A stretch of DNA of 64,000 nt from Eledone cirrhosa (taxonomy: Eukaryota). The stretch lies in contig OZ024743.1 in assembly GCA_964016885.1 (NCBI GenBank), positions 34,472,001-34,536,000 on the forward strand, written 5' to 3'. A program made the translations under genes and the position numbers. The notes under the pieces are model-generated. The model searched no databases, was not told where the DNA came from, and saw only the letters and a list, made by a program, of their open reading frames with translations. Position 1 is the stretch's first letter. Every line of letters begins with the position of its first letter. Below, in pieces: positions 11,432 through 26,045 of the stretch.

Positions 11432-12904
11432 ACATCACATATATATACACAGAGTCAGACAGACAGGCGAACAACCGGTAGATAGACATACATAATAAAT
11501 CAAGTTTAAAGATTTCTTTGCATTTTATTTTCTATTGTAATTTTCATAGATTATACCAGTCGCCCTCCAGATGGCGTTGATCAGAGACTTATTACGCCTA
11601 TATTAGAAATAGTGGACGCTATATTTTATGATTGGATAATTGAAAAAGAAAAATCCAAGGCCTATCGTCTGTCCATTGTTTGTCCACGGGATAGCCACTA
11701 ACCTTTACCTTTAAGTAAACAATCCTTTATTGAATCGCCCCCTTAGTAATCTATCCTACTCGGTTCTAAATGAAAATAAAACAAAACAATCTTCACGAAG
11801 CAAAATTGATATATGATTAGACAGAGAAGTCAATTTATTATTTCAAGAAAACTTATAAGTGAATTCATTTCAGGTAACAAAAAGACAAAAACCAAATCTC
11901 TCTGAAGCCAATTCACATGTAAATGCTACAGGAGATTAAATTTCGCAATTGTTTTATTCTTGCGACAATTAACAATCTGATCTGGTTAACAAGAAAATAT
12001 CTGGATATTTGCTGAAGTTACAGAGATTCGTCCATTATCTATTCTAGGGAGAAATGTAAAATGTTTTTATCACTATAGAATAAAGCTGGATAACATCGAT
12101 TAACTTGGCTGGTCTCTCACTTGGGGATCCAGCCAGATCAGTTGGAGATGGTTGCTTCTGACAGGACCTGCTGAAAGGAGTGTTTGAGGACTCTGCCTCC
12201 ATGACCCTCTCAGGAATAAGTTGGCGAAGGATCTGCGTTCGGACTCTCTGTTTGGCGCATAACTGTATGCCACCTAGAAGAAGAAGAAGAAGAAGAAGAA
12301 GAAGAAGAAAGCTGTTCAAATGTGGGTTTTAGCCGAGTATCTTTTGTGTATTAGTGCAATCACTGCTGTTGCTTGACACAAAGCAACAAGGACTTGGGCA
12401 GATAAACTTGCAAGCATATTTTTAACAAGTTCGTTCCGTTTCAGGTAGTGTGATCTACAGCAGTGAGGAGTAATGTAACATAATACAAGCTAGTGATCGT
12501 TGTTGTTTAGCTCCAATTCAACCCTCTTTGATCAGATATATGATTATGTTCGAAAGTATTCTCGTTTTAACTTTCCCGTCTATATTTTTCAGGTATAGTG
12601 TATCCATAACTAAATTCTTTAAAACGTTCCTTTTCTAAAGCAGTATGCTATGATTTACGCGAAATTTAATTGATATTTCTATTAATATTTCTATCCGTGG
12701 TAGAATTTTTCATTAAACAACATTTCACTGGGTGATATTTTTTATGCGACTTTTTATCGGCCGACATTTCGTCGAACTTTTTTTATCGTACTTACTTCTC
12801 ATCGAAAATAGAATTATCTTATAAAAATATTATTTTTATAAAATTATTCTATCTATATAAGAAATATCAGTCAAATGACTCTGTCAAATTTACACCTGGA
12901 ATAT

Positions 12905-13340
12905 AGTTGTTTCTACCTTAGGCACAAGCCCAGCAATTTAAAGAGAAATGGAAAGTCGATTAAATCGATCCGGGTGCCTTACTGGTGCTTTATTTTATTA
13001 GCTTCATAAGAATTAAAGACAATGCTAACATCGGCGAGGTTTAAACTCAAAAAGTAAAGGGCCGTAACTGTATACTACAAAAACATACTGTCCAACGCTC
13101 TATCGATACTCGCCTAGAATATAATTGTTCCTACTTTAGGCACAAGGCCAGCAATTTGAAGGAAAAGGGAAAGTCGATTAAATCGACCCTAGTGTATTAC
13201 TGGTGCTTTATTTTATCGACCCCGTAAGGATGAAAAGCAAAGCTAACCTCGGCAAGATTTGAACTCAGAACGTAAAGAGCCATAACCCTGTGCTGCTAAG
13301 CATGTTGTCCGACGCTCTATCGATACTATAAATCCTCCCC
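12905..13340 (-). mobile_element. Two tandem SINE copies (longer variant)
   Basis: Family match with the additional aagtcgattaaatcga segment. Confidence 0.75.
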
Positions 13341-14732
13341 ACGAGCCTGGAATATAATATAATGTAATGTTGTATAGAGCAGCGATGGACAACATAGACC
13401 AGTTAGTCTTCAAATGATTTTGGTAGTCCACGGTGAGTTAATGTTATATTGCATAATGCAATTAAAATCAAATTTATATTCGGTGGTCCACTTCTTCTTA
13501 TCGTGTCCACACTTAACTGTTGTTTGTTGTGGTGATAGGATTAGTAGTATCTTATCAATACTCCCGGGGTGGACGCTCCTATCTTGACCCCGGTGGTCCA
13601 CCTTCTGAAAAGGATGGTGTATCATTGGTGTAAAGTGTAATGTAATGATCTGAAGAAATGTTTGTTTGCTTCGCTCTAAAAAAAGGAAGCTAGAGGTAGG
13701 AACATTGTCGGAATCTTGCTAGTGTTATTTTTGTCGTTGTTGTTATCACTAGGAAATATTTAAGAGCAAGAAATTAACATTTTCTCTGAACACGACTTTA
13801 ACCTGGTTTCTAAAATGTTAGAAAACTGTCCTTCAAAACAGGAACTGGAAAATCAACAGTTGGAATTTTAATCACCGACAACATTCATCCGGGACATTGA
13901 GTGACATTTCGGGGTGGTGAGGTTCGACTCTCTAATGTCAAGTAACCTTGAATTGTTTCAAGATTTTCTTAAATAGCGAAGTTAAAGTATATATGTATGA
14001 CCTTTGTACATGTTTATGAATGTGTGGAAGTGATACGTGTGTGCACGGGATGACTACTGTTACTGCTGATGTTATGTCGCTGTTTCTTAGCCACAGATCA
14101 GCCCTACCTTTACTGATATCTAGGAGCGGGCTATCTGGATGCCTTGGTGAAGGTGACATGAGGACAACCAGATCTGTAGAGTAGATGCCACTATAGTAAA
14201 GATAGAAGATGCATAGTGAGAAAAAGTCCGCCTTCTGAGTTTGATGATGATGATGATCATGATGGGCAAATGATCAGGGTGGAGTTGGGAGAAATAGATA
14301 ATTTTACATCTGGTTTTAGTAGTGCTGTGTGTGGACCAACAGAAAAGCATACCTGGAGAGAAGGTATTATAATTTTCTGTGTTAGTACATTCGGTTCGGT
14401 TGTTTAGGAAATAAAAGAAGTTTAGTGAAGTTAATACTGTATTGTCTTTTTAGCAAATTACTCCCCTGTAACAAACCTGTCTATTTTAGAAAATGCTGTG
14501 TCAATTGAGGTCTTCCGAGTTATTCTGTTTGGAGTGTAATAAGGTGAAATAGTAGTTGGTGTTCGTGTATATATGTTATCTACAGTATATTCTAATTGTC
14601 GCGGTAAGTTGTTCGTATTTTACGCTTCAAAGGGATTCAAAATCAGATTTAGTCTGACATAGTCTGTAATATCCAGACAACACTCTTGTTCCCCACATTT
14701 CCTTCATTCATAATTTCATTTACTAGAAAAAT

Positions 14733-14837
14733 AATTGTTTCTACGCTAGGCACAAGGCCAGCAATTACCCAGTACGTTACTGGTACTTTATTTTATCGAC
14801 CCGTAAGGATGAAAGGCAAAGTTAACCTTGGCGGGAT
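14733..14837 (-). mobile_element. Partial SINE
   Basis: Family match. Confidence 0.75.
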
Positions 14838-14962
14838 ATAATGTTACTTTTTTGTCTAGGAACATTTTTTTTTTTTTCATTTTTGATCTGCTATTTATTT
14901 ATTTTCATGGAGTAAAATAAAATTTACTGCTCACACCTAGGTGACAGAGTCGGAAGTAGAGA

Positions 14963-16518
14963 TGGTGGTGTGTAGTAGTGGTGGTGTGTAGTAGTGGTGG
15001 TGTGTAGTAGTGGTGGTGTGTAGCGGTGGTGGTGGGTAGTAGTGGTGGTGTGTAGCGGTGGTGGTGTGTAGCGGTGGTGGTGTGTAGTAGTGGTGGTGTG
15101 TAGCGTGGTGGTGCGTAGCAGTGGTGGTGTGTAGTAGTGGTGGTGTGTAGCGGTGGTGGTGTGTAGTAGTGGTGGTGTGTAGCATGGTGGTGTGTAGCAG
15201 TGGTGGTGTGTAGCGGTGGTGGTGTGTAGTAGTGGTGGTGTGTAGCAGTGGTGGTGTGTAGCAGTGGTGGTGTGTAGCGGTGGTGGTGTGTAGCAGTGGT
15301 GGTGTGTAGTAGTGGTGGTGTGTAGCGGTGGTGGTGTGTAGTAGTGGTGGTGTGTAGCATGGTGGTGTGTAGCAGTGGTGGTGTGTAGCGGTGGTGGTGT
15401 GTAGTAGTGGTGGTGTGTAGCGGTGGTGGTGTGTAGCGGTGGTGGTGTGTAGTAGTGGTGGTGTGTAGCGTGGTGGTGCGTAGCAGTGGTGGTGTGTAGC
15501 AGTGGTGGTGTGTAATAGTGGTGATGTGTAGCAGTGGTTGTGTGTAGCAGTGGTGGTGTGTAGTAGTGGTGATGTGTAGCAGTGGTGGTGTGTAGCAGTG
15601 GTGGTGTGTAGCGGTGGTGGTGTGTAGCAGTGGTGGTGTGTAGCGGTGGTGGTGTGTAGCGGTGGTGGTGTGTAGCGGTGGTGGTGTGTAGTAGTGGTGG
15701 TGTGTAGTAGTGGTGGTGTGTAGCGGTGGTGGTGTGTAGAGATGGTGGTGTGTAGCGGTCGTGGTGTGTAGCAGTAGTGGTGTGTAGCGGTGGTGGTGTG
15801 TAGCAGTGGTGGTGTGTAGCAGTGGTGGTGTGTAGCGGTGGTGGTGTGTAGAGATGGTGGTGTGTAGCGGTCGTGATGTGTAGCAGTGGTGGTGTGTAGC
15901 GGTGGTGGTGTGTAGCGGTGGTGGTGTGTAGCGGTGGTGGTGTGCAATAGTGGTGGTCTGTAGCAGTGGTGGTGTGTAGCAGTGGTGGTGTGTAGCAGTG
16001 GTGGTGTGTAGCGGTGGTGGTGTGTAGCAGTGGTGGTGTGTAGCGGTGCTGGTGTGTAGCGGTGGCGGTGTGTAGCAGTGGTGGTGTGTAGCAGTGGTCG
16101 TGTGTAGCGGTGGTGGTGTGTAGCAGTGGTGGCGTGTAGCAGTGGTGGTGTGTAGCGGTGGTGGTGTGTAGCAGTGGTGGTGTGTAGCAGTGGTGGTGTG
16201 TAGCAGTGGTGGTGTGTAGTAGTGGTGGTGTGTAGCGGTGGTGGTGTGTAGCGGTGGTGGTGTGCAATAGTGGTGGTCTGTAGCAGTGGTGGTGTGTAGC
16301 AGTGGTGGTGTGTAGCAGTGGTGGTGTGTAGCAGTGGTGGTGTGTAGCAGTGGTGGTGTGTAGCGGTGGTGGTGTGTAGCAGTGGTGGAGTGTAGCAGTG
16401 GTGGTGTGTAGTAGTGATGGTGTGTAGCGGTGGTGGTGTGTAGTAGTGGTGGTGTGTAGCAGTGGTGGTGTGTAGCAGTGGTGGTGTGTAGTAGTGATGG
16501 TGTGTAGCGGTGGTGGTG
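14963..16518. repeat. 16-bp minisatellite (tgtagYRgtggtggtg)n
   Basis: Unit visible; the 16-aa periodicity in all three minus frames equals 3 x 16 bp. Confidence 0.95.
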
Positions 16519-17392
16519 ACTACATCAGCGGTAGTAATGCCGTGTGTGTAGTCAATGGCTACAGTTTGTGTATTTAAAGCATTTTACAATTGTGAATGGA
16601 GAAGGTGAGGATATAGGCTGGGATTAAGTTTCTTATCAAAGTGATTATATTTTTAAAAGGTCAACTGTTAAAGTAATTTAAAGATCAACCAGTCCACCAT
16701 AACCCACTCTCCCTGCTACCACTAATACTATTCAAATTATCAGCACCATCAAATATTTTGCTTTACATTGAGGTTATGATAGTTCTCCGTCCGCCATTCC
16801 TAACAGCCACACCGCCACCACTTTCTATCACAGACAGCATTATCACATCATATTTTTTTTTCTACACAAACGCCGCCGACGTCATCACAACTACCGCCCC
16901 ACCGCCCCCGCCCACCACCACCACCGCCACCCACATTCACCCCCCACCACCGCCATAAAAGACGAAATACTTGTTGACATGAATTCATTAGATAAGAGCT
17001 GATAAGCCAATAATATGAAATCTAACATCGCTAACGTTACTATTATCTTCAACACTAGCTGCAACTCTGCACCGTTCATTAGCATTCCTGGGAGGCTGAA
17101 TGGGGGTAGAGTCCTCAAACACACTTTCTAGCGGGTCATGCTACAAGCAACTGTCTCCAATTGATCCAGCTAGATCAACCAAGCTCATGGATGTTATCCA
17201 GCCGCCTTGCTCGTAGTCTTCCACTGAGTCTCCTGCCGGTTGGTATTTCCCGTAAAATCTGTTCAGCAATTCTTTCATGAGAGATTCTAACCACATGTCA
17301 GTAGTATCGGGGCTGTGGTCTCTCAATTCATACGGAGAAGTAGCGGCTCTACGTGGAGTGACGATCTGATCTCTGTGCTGCATCACACCCCA

Positions 17393-17446
<54 letters not shown>

Positions 17447-17488
17447 ATGTATATATAGTAATAATAATAAATTTGAAGACTAAAATCC

Positions 17489-17543
17489 AAAGTTTCAGAA
17501 GATCCCGTTAAGGGTGAAAGCAGCGATTCTTTGCTTAAACTTT
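17489..17543 (+). ncRNA. Type-I hammerhead ribozyme, U4A variant
   Basis: aaagttt-CAGAAGA-t-ccc(gttaa)ggg-t-GAAA-gca(gcgattctt)tgc-TT-aaacttt; 7-bp helix I; (TA)n on both sides. Confidence 0.65.
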
Positions 17544-17557
17544 AATCTGTTATTTTA

Positions 17558-17595
<38 letters not shown>

Positions 17596-18428
17596 CATAT
17601 ATATATATATAACATATATATATATCCAGGACATCCGGCTCGGCAGCCTGTCACCGGTCTCTCGATACTTCGGCCCCGTCGGACACTCCTCTCGCAACCT
17701 CACCATCAGCAGCCTTATTATATGAGCCCAAGACTTTAAGGGTATTTACATTTATACTTATTTCATTCACTGAATAATATCAAATTATTGTCCTTGAAGA
17801 ATTGTTAATATATCTCAAAAATAGAACCTAAGGATGTACTTATACATTTTAATTGTTATAAAAATCCTTACGGAAGATAGAAATCATATTACCAATTGCA
17901 TCAGTTCGAAAACCATTTATAATGTCATTCAAAAGAAAGGAGGCCTTTAAAATCGGAATTCATCTTATGCGTTTTTTACAAATAAAGAATATAGGTTGAA
18001 AACTCTGTCTTATACTGCGGCATAAGAAAACAAACTTGTTTCTCTAGGACAGAGATCAAATGACACAAAGTAGAGCGCACTCTCGTGGAAATAAGTCAAT
18101 GTGAGCGCTACGTCAAAGAATTACATTTATACTAATAATCATCTTATAATTGTTTACGTCATCAAATACTTGCGTAGTAACCTTGAGCTGCGAAGTCTGA
18201 GATTAGAAGAGAAAACACAAAGAGAAATGGCTAACCCAAATTCATCAAATTCAAACACCATTCTCGGCAGCATTCTTGACGTATAAAAAAACTTACCACG
18301 ACGTGTAACATTTGACTTAGTATATTGTTGCCAAAATACCAACGAAAAAATATTTTCCTTCACTTTTTTCTTTTTTCATTATAAGTCACCTTTTTGAATT
18401 AACTTAAAGAAATAACAAAGACAACAGC

Positions 18429-18514
<86 letters not shown>

Positions 18515-18893
18515 CTGTACATAAGGCCATGTTTTCAACCACAAATAAGTATTTACTTGGTAAAAAAAAACAACATATATTTAAAGTTCAAGTCAGTTTT
18601 CTAGTAATGTGTGAATTGGAACAACATCGAGAAACCAAACCTTTCTCATTAAAATAAATATAAAGAATAGGAAGAAAAATCGTGCATCGCACATAAATAT
18701 TGATAGACGTGGATATATAATTACTTAAACTTGTGGACACAGACACACGCGTACATAGATAAACGTATGTATACATAGGCACAGGTTTGGGACTTCCGTC
18801 TGTTCTGACGACGTGTGTTCCAGTCGTTTGACCAACGGAACGAATAGTAAGTCGAACTCGCTAACCAGAGTCACGCGCTTTCATACACACCAA

Positions 18894-18950
<57 letters not shown>

Positions 18951-19056
18951 ACACACACACTCTCTCTCTCTCTCTCTCTCTCTCTCTTTATCTATCTATC
19001 TATCTCTCACGCACATACACACACACACAACATACACACACATATATATATATATA

Positions 19057-19415
19057 TTGGGATGGTTATGTTCCCAATATTGCCAATAGAAAAAAAGAAA
19101 CACACATGATAAACATAAAAACAAATACGCGCACACACACGGATGCAGACGCAAACGCATGCGTGGACACGAAACAAAGACAGGATGGAGTAGCAGGTTA
19201 AGATCAGAAAAAAGGAAGCACAAAACAAATAATCATTGAGGAGATGACATAATGTGAGACGAAAGAACGTTGAAAAACAAATGAATAAGGATCAATAAAG
19301 ATAAAGTGAAAATTATATGGTGGTAATATTGGCTACATAACCATCCCGAAATATAATAATATCGGTTTCAACATATGATTTCGCATCAAGAATCTTGCAG
19401 AATAAATACATAAAC

Positions 19416-19416
<1 letters not shown>
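19057..19416 (+). mobile_element. Short repeat island in (TA)n with a decayed hammerhead (about 19234-19273)
   Basis: Shares segments with 2165-2290 and 890-1090; tca-TTGAGGA...GAAA-gaac-GT-tga. Confidence 0.5.
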
Positions 19417-19490
<74 letters not shown>

Positions 19491-19684
19491 ATATGTATCG
19501 CACTTCTCTATATCTCTCTGCTTCCTCCTCTCCTACGATGCCAGTTTGGGGAACAGCCTGCTCGTAAAACGCACAAGCGGCAAATCATTTCACAGACACA
19601 TGTACCCACAAATTAATCCTCATGGATAGACAGCGTAATACGGTGTGTGGCAAGTCTGACCCACCGTTAAATTACATGTACAGT

Positions 19685-19800
19685 TCCAAACAGTTTCCAT
19701 CTACCGAATTTCTCTCACAAGTCCTGAGTCGACCTAAAGCAGTAGTGAATGACATTTACACAAGATGCCACGTAGTGGGTTTGAACCGGGGACCTAATGA
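19685..19800 (-). mobile_element. Degenerate copy of a second tRNA-SINE family (octopus OR/OK-like)
   Basis: Minus-strand B box ggttcaaacc; related to 38130-38290. Confidence 0.5.
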
Positions 19801-19893
19801 TGACGAAGCTGCTTCGTTTGGTTCCATTGATTAGTTCACCCTCTCCTTCGGTGTAGTTAAAAACGTAAAGTCTCACACTTTTTAACTTCTTCA

Positions 19894-20070
19894 CGGTGAA
19901 TTGGCAGAATCGGTAGAGCGTCGGACACCCTGCTTCGCAGCATACATTTAAGGCCCTTTACGTTCTGAATTCAAATACCGCCGAGGTTAGCTTTGCCTTT
20001 CAACCTTACGGGGTCGATAAAATAAAGTACCAGTATTTGCTGGCCTTGTGCCAAAAGTAGAAACCATGAT
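19894..20070 (+). mobile_element. tRNA-derived SINE
   Basis: Family match. Confidence 0.8.
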
Positions 20071-20391
20071 TATTTTATAGCTCCATGTCAGCTCTGATTG
20101 TACAAATTTAATGCATTCCAGTTGTGACCATCCCGCAATTTTCTCGGCCATAGTTTATCTAGAACGAAATTATTCAGTGCTTTTTCTCATTTAACGCATT
20201 GGGAGATATTTGGCTGTAGTTTCTAACAGACCAAACAACCACTTAAAGGCTCCATCCAAATTTATTGCGATAGAAGCCATTGCGTTCGAACTCCAAATAT
20301 AAAGTTGAAGAATGTTTGAATTTTGTAAGTATGTAAAATTTGATGTTTTCGTTTTATAATTTAATCAGTTTAAAAAAACAATGTTCATAAT

Positions 20392-20555
20392 AATTGTTTC
20401 TACTTTTGGTACAAGGCCAGCAATTACTCCAGTGTATTACTGGTACTTTATTTTATCGACCCCGTAAGGATACAACGCAAAGTTAACTTCGGTGGGATTT
20501 GAACTCAGAACGTAAAGGGCCAAAACTCTATGCTGCAAAGCATGGTGTCTGATAC
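20392..20555 (-). mobile_element. tRNA-derived SINE
   Basis: Family match. Confidence 0.8.
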
Positions 20556-21279
20556 TGGGGTTCTTCAACTGATAGGAAGAAAAGAATAAGACAGGAAAAT
20601 AACACCAAACCAGCCCAAATGCTTGCAACAGAGTGGACACTGGTAAATAGTATCAGATGGTGTACCTAAACATATCCACTGATAAGCAGGTTTGAGCAGA
20701 CTGTATTCTGTAGACGAAGTTAAATCGACCGAAACATATATCCATATTTGTGCTATACTTGCAAACAGATCAGAGTGTTCTTTACCCTTTACCCAAGTGC
20801 ATAAAGTAACTTAATTATTAATTCTTAATTTCCTGAAATTATCTCTGCTTTTTCTCTGACGGTCGTTTAGAATTACAGCCAGGTTTTTGTTTGTTTGTTT
20901 GTTAGACTTTCTTTTCTTTTTTTGTTTGTTTTGTTGTTGTTTTTAAAGTCTGTGCCTGTGACTACGTTCGTGTTGGTGAAGCAACAACAAAATAGATAAG
21001 GAAAATGACTAGGGAATTTTTAAGATACCAACATTGACACCAACAATATTTGCCACTTCATGATTATTCATCATTGTAGCTAAAGTATAATCTCTTTCTC
21101 TGCTAAAATCTCCTCAATTATTGAAATTAAAGCTGGCGTCTAATTAAGACATTTTAAAGGAATTAACTCCTTTTAAGCACGAACGTTTGCCCATATATTC
21201 CAGATACTTTTGTTATTAATCTAAATTAATTTTATTACATTTTACTAATTTATTAGTTATTATTTTTTCATTATGATTA

Positions 21280-23380
21280 ATATGTGTGCAGGCAGGTGAG
21301 GTCACCGTCATAGTATCGGACACCTCAGATATTGAGGTAGCCGGCATCATACTGGAAGAATATCGGCAGGTTACTAGAGTTTGTATTAATAAAAAAAAAG
21401 GGGTGAAAGTGGGGAAAAGAAAAAAAGCTAAAGCCTTGAGGCAACGAATGCCAACACCCACACAAACTTCATCATCATCATCACCATCAATGTCATCAAC
21501 ACCACAACAGACACCACAGATACTAACAACAACATCCCAAACACAATCCAACCCTCATTTTAACAACACCAACAACTAACGCACCCCAACAAAAAATTAA
21601 ACCGCACGAATTACACAACCATAAATACAACAAAACAAAACAGAAACTGATTACATCACACCCCAAAAGATTTCACAAGGCCCAAATACATACAGATCAT
21701 ACACATCACACAAGAAACACACTATTTTAAACAAAATTACCCAATGCAATTGGGGACTTCTGCATTATCAAAACGGATATACTGCGACATCCTCGTGGAG
21801 GTGCCTTCATTTAGCAATGTGAGCAACCACCATCCCTCCCTCCACACGAACAGGGTATGTAACCATTTCTTACTTTTCTTCCTCTTTATTTAACATAGCT
21901 TTCTTAGGGATTGGCAGTATAAATGCACGTGGCTTTGGATAGTCTTGGAAACAGGGCCACCTGCTCAACGACCTCTGGTCACTCAACATAGTTGTGTTGG
22001 CTATCAGTGAAACCAGAATATTCGGGGCACGAGCTTCGGACACATTTTCGGTGTCTGTGAATTGAACGCATCTCCAAACCCCCGTCCGAGGGTTGAGTCG
22101 GTGTGTTGTTTTGGAAGGACTTAGATCTCACGATACGGACAATCTTTCTGGGCCCAGAGGGTAAATCGGTGGTGCTGGACGTGACCAGCAGTGAAGAGCA
22201 TACTTTTAGGAATGTGGCCGTCTATACGCCTACAGAGACAAGGACTAATTTCCGCTAAGGTTGTCCCCTCTCGTCTCTGTTCTATATGTTGACTCTCGAG
22301 CCACTGCTACATAAATTGGAGACATTAGGGGCATCCCACGCAAATTAGAATGTGGAAGATCCATGTCAGCATATGCCGATGACGTCAGCATATTCCCACG
22401 TCGTCATCGTAGTGGTGTCGAACACCAAACACATTGAGATGATCTCTCAATGAGTACGAAGTGATAACAGGAACGAAACTTAACCAGGAAAAATTGGTGG
22501 GCTTACAGCTCGGCACCTAGATAGGCAGGTTCATGCTGCCCAACAGCGTCATCGTGCACACGACGACGGTGTCTTGTTTGGTCCAGACCTCCATATGCAT
22601 GAAACATTGGGACGAAGTAGCGAGTAAGGCGTCCACTCTCACTCAGATATGGGCCGAAAGGAAGGTATCCTGAAAGATCGGACAGAGGTGGTGAACGCGT
22701 GCATCGTATCCGTCATCTACTCTCATCTGACCATTGTGTCACATCTCGAAGCACTGGAGCGTTTGCTCTTTCACTTCTTGTGGGAGGGACATCTGCCAGT
22801 GATCAGTCGGTTCATTTGTTGCCTAAACACGCTTCGTTGATACTGGGCATGCTTTGGCTGATGATGTACAAACGTACGCTGAGACTCCGTCATTTCCAGG
22901 TACTCCTTGAAGGTGAACAGGTTTGGTCGCCGTTTGCAAGGACGTGTGTTTCCACAGCTCGTCATTTCGACAGAGCTGCAGTCCTGGGTCAAGCGAAAAC
23001 TGAGAGGGAGCACTTGGAAACTGGAATAACTTTAAGCGCTCTTATCCCCTGCTAATGCGGCAGCAAGACCAGTGGAAACTCCACCTTGGCGTTCTATAGA
23101 AGCGTAGTAGCGGGTGAAAATGATGACGTTCCAGGGAAGACTCTGGGCGTCGAGGAAAATCAACTAGCCCCTATTTTCCAGAGGAATTTTGGTCCAAGAC
23201 GCATGAATAACTTCCAAATATCCCTGGCCTGGCTGTACTACAATGCTAGTTTGAGATAAAATTTACAGACATGGAAGTATTGCTATTTGTTAATCTCCAC
23301 TGCCCTGTTTTTGTTGTTTTTGTTTTGTTTTTTGTACCGTCCTCTATGTTTCGGCCCTAGTGGCCAATAAAGAAATAATA
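21280..23380 (+). pseudogene. Internally deleted, decayed L1/Tx1 LINE
   Basis: Colinear with 44145-49815: INARG APE start, QGCPLS-like segment, AYADD, FGPDL, and 3' end ccctagtggccaataaa. Confidence 0.85.
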
Positions 23381-23938
23381 ATTATTTTATTTTTATTTTG
23401 CTAGTGTATCGCTAATCAGGTTGACGTTAATTCGTATCCTCATCGGGTCACTAACCGTAATATTGAGAAATTAGATTTTAATCACTTCTTAATTACGAAA
23501 GTAGAAAATTGATGAAGCAGTTAGTCACATGACAGACTTATCGACAGATAGTTAAACTCTGTACAGATTTCAAATGTGTTAATATTAGTATCAGTAACTT
23601 TTGATGAGTCTGCCTATCAACTGCTGGTGAATACGGTGGGCGCCGCTAAGCTTTTTCGAAAAAAAGAAAATAGAAATAATTAGACCAAAAACTGTTTTCT
23701 CCTTCACATACACACACACACACACACACACATACACACACGCGCACACACACACACAAACGCACACACACACACAAACGCACACACACACACGCACGCA
23801 CACACACGCACACGCACACGCACACACACACACATATATGTATATATATATATGTGTATATATATATGTATATGTGTATATATATATATATACATATGTG
23901 TATGCGTATATATATATATATATATACATATATGTATA

Positions 23939-24011
<73 letters not shown>

Positions 24012-25317
24012 GTGTGTGTGTATCATAGAAAACTTAAAGGAGTGCTATGTAAGTGGTTGTACGGATGTTTAGAGAGCAAGAGCGGATGAGGAGAGCCAAG
24101 TTAATTCGACACACACACAAACATACACATACGCACACATTGACACACTCACATACACACACACACATATATATATACATAACGTAGTTGTTGTCTAGTA
24201 TATGCTTTACAGGGTGCATACATTTTCTTGTGCCGATCTCTATGCCTGGAGTAGAATGAGATAGTTCATTTGATGTCAATATGGTGCAGCAAATTGGGTG
24301 TATAGTCATTCCACTTGGTTGAAAGATTTTCAAACATTAAAATAGATATGGTGTAATAACTCCTTTTGAGATTATTGACATCCCTCATATGCTGTCTTCA
24401 TGTTCTCGCTACAACTTTTCTATTATCCTATGAGAGTATTTATTTATTTATTCAATTTAAACGTTATTATAAAACTAGAAAGCCATGTCAGACTAGGGAA
24501 AGTATCGAGTACTCTTTAAAGTTGGTAATCAAAAAGAGTTAGTGAGACAAGTAATAAAAGAGAATTTATGGGGAAAAAAATAGTAATGAAATTTCAAATA
24601 TTGAAGGCCAATGGGGGGGGGGCAGATTAGCAAATAAAAAAAACGAAAAAGAAAAGAGGAAACAAGGGAAGCCGTAAAACAGCTAGAAGTTTCTGTTGTC
24701 GAATCTCTGAGTACATGGAAGCAACGAATCTTTTCGCAGCTTCCATGTACTCAAAGATTTTGTTTAAATTTGGTAGACCTATAATCATATACTGAACTTC
24801 TAGTCTTGGAGTAAAACCTTACAGTCAAAACAATTCTGGGGGATTTTTCGGGAATGAGCAAAGTAGTATATTAAGTCTTGACCAGGCGTTGATTAGCAGC
24901 TTCTACTAGTTGTGGAACTGGTTAGCTGTAAAGCCTTCATAATCTTCCCATGTGGTATCCTATCAAATGCTTGCTGGTAGATCAGCCACACTACATTCAA
25001 GTCCTTGTGATTGTTTAGTTGTTTTTTTTTATGAATGATTTTGTTAATTAGTAAGCTGCTCTATTTAGTATATATGTATGTTCTTCTGGTTTTATAATTT
25101 CACAAATGTTTACCAATGGAGAGAGAGTCGGTTTCTAACATAGACACAAGACTCTCTCATTGGAATTTACAGAACATCAACTAGGTAGATTATGTATGCA
25201 TGCCTGCATGCATGCATGTGTAGATATGGATGTTATTGTATGTGTGGATGTGGATGTTTTGAGTTGTATGTGTGCATGTGTATATGCTTTGTATCTGTAC
25301 ATGTGTATATGCACTTA

Positions 25318-25670
25318 TTAGATGCAAACATTTTGGAATGTTTTACATATTTTCACTGTTCCATTAATGGATTGTACTTGTAATTTCCTAACTAGATGTG
25401 TTCTTTCTGTTCCTCTGGAGGCTAGCTTCTCAAGATTTGTATTGAGGCAGTTACTAACACACCCCGGTGCCCCAATAATCAAAGGCATAAATCTGAAGGT
25501 GTAATCAGGGTGGAGTATCTGCAGATTTCTCATTAGTTCTGCATATATATTCTCCTTTTCGCTAATCTTTGATATTATATTGGCATCTGCTGGGCAGCTA
25601 ACCTCCACTACTGTGCATGCTTTCTTTTTCCTGTCCCATATCATAATAGCTGGTATGTTATGCTTGCATT
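25318..25670 (-). pseudogene. R4/Dong-type LINE 3' fragment (REL endonuclease)
   Basis: KHNIPAIMIWDRKKKACTVVEVSCP...KICKTF; 5' junction in (TACA)n. Confidence 0.8.
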
Positions 25671-25767
25671 GTATGTATGTATGTATGTATGTATGTATGT
25701 ATGTATGTATGTATGTATGTATGTATGTATGTATGTATGTATGCATGTATGCATGTATGTATGTATG

Positions 25768-26045
25768 TCAGGTCACCAGTTGGTGCTACTGGTAACATGT
25801 ATCCCAGTACAACCTGTCTCATGGTCGGGTCGTTGGCGACTAAACTGGCAACCCCACCAAGGTTTCTTGGTGAGAAGGGTGATTTTGGACATCCTGCAGG
25901 ACTAAAAACAAAACCTTTCAAAGGGCAAATGAGCTCTTAAGAGTCAATGGTCATCCAAAATCACCGGGAGAGATGACCTCTTAGCCTTTGTCAAGGCAGA
26001 ATTCTAGGAGAAGGAAAACTCTGATATAACACCTGCAACCCTGAT
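25768..26045 (+). mobile_element. Probable RTE-type LINE 5' UTR fragment
   Basis: ctaggagaaggaaaactctga resembles RTE 5' regions as I recall them; not verified. Confidence 0.35.

Noticed and set aside
14924-16267. His/Thr/Pro-rich ORFs
   Set aside because: Translations of a 16-bp minisatellite that is open in all minus frames
17141-17386. 81-aa ORF as a host exon
   Set aside because: No recognisable domain or splice context; possibly decayed LINE sequence
25768-25856. HDV-like ribozyme at a putative RTE 5' end
   Set aside because: Partial helices and a CTAA are present, but I found no consistent P1/P2/P3/P1.1 topology
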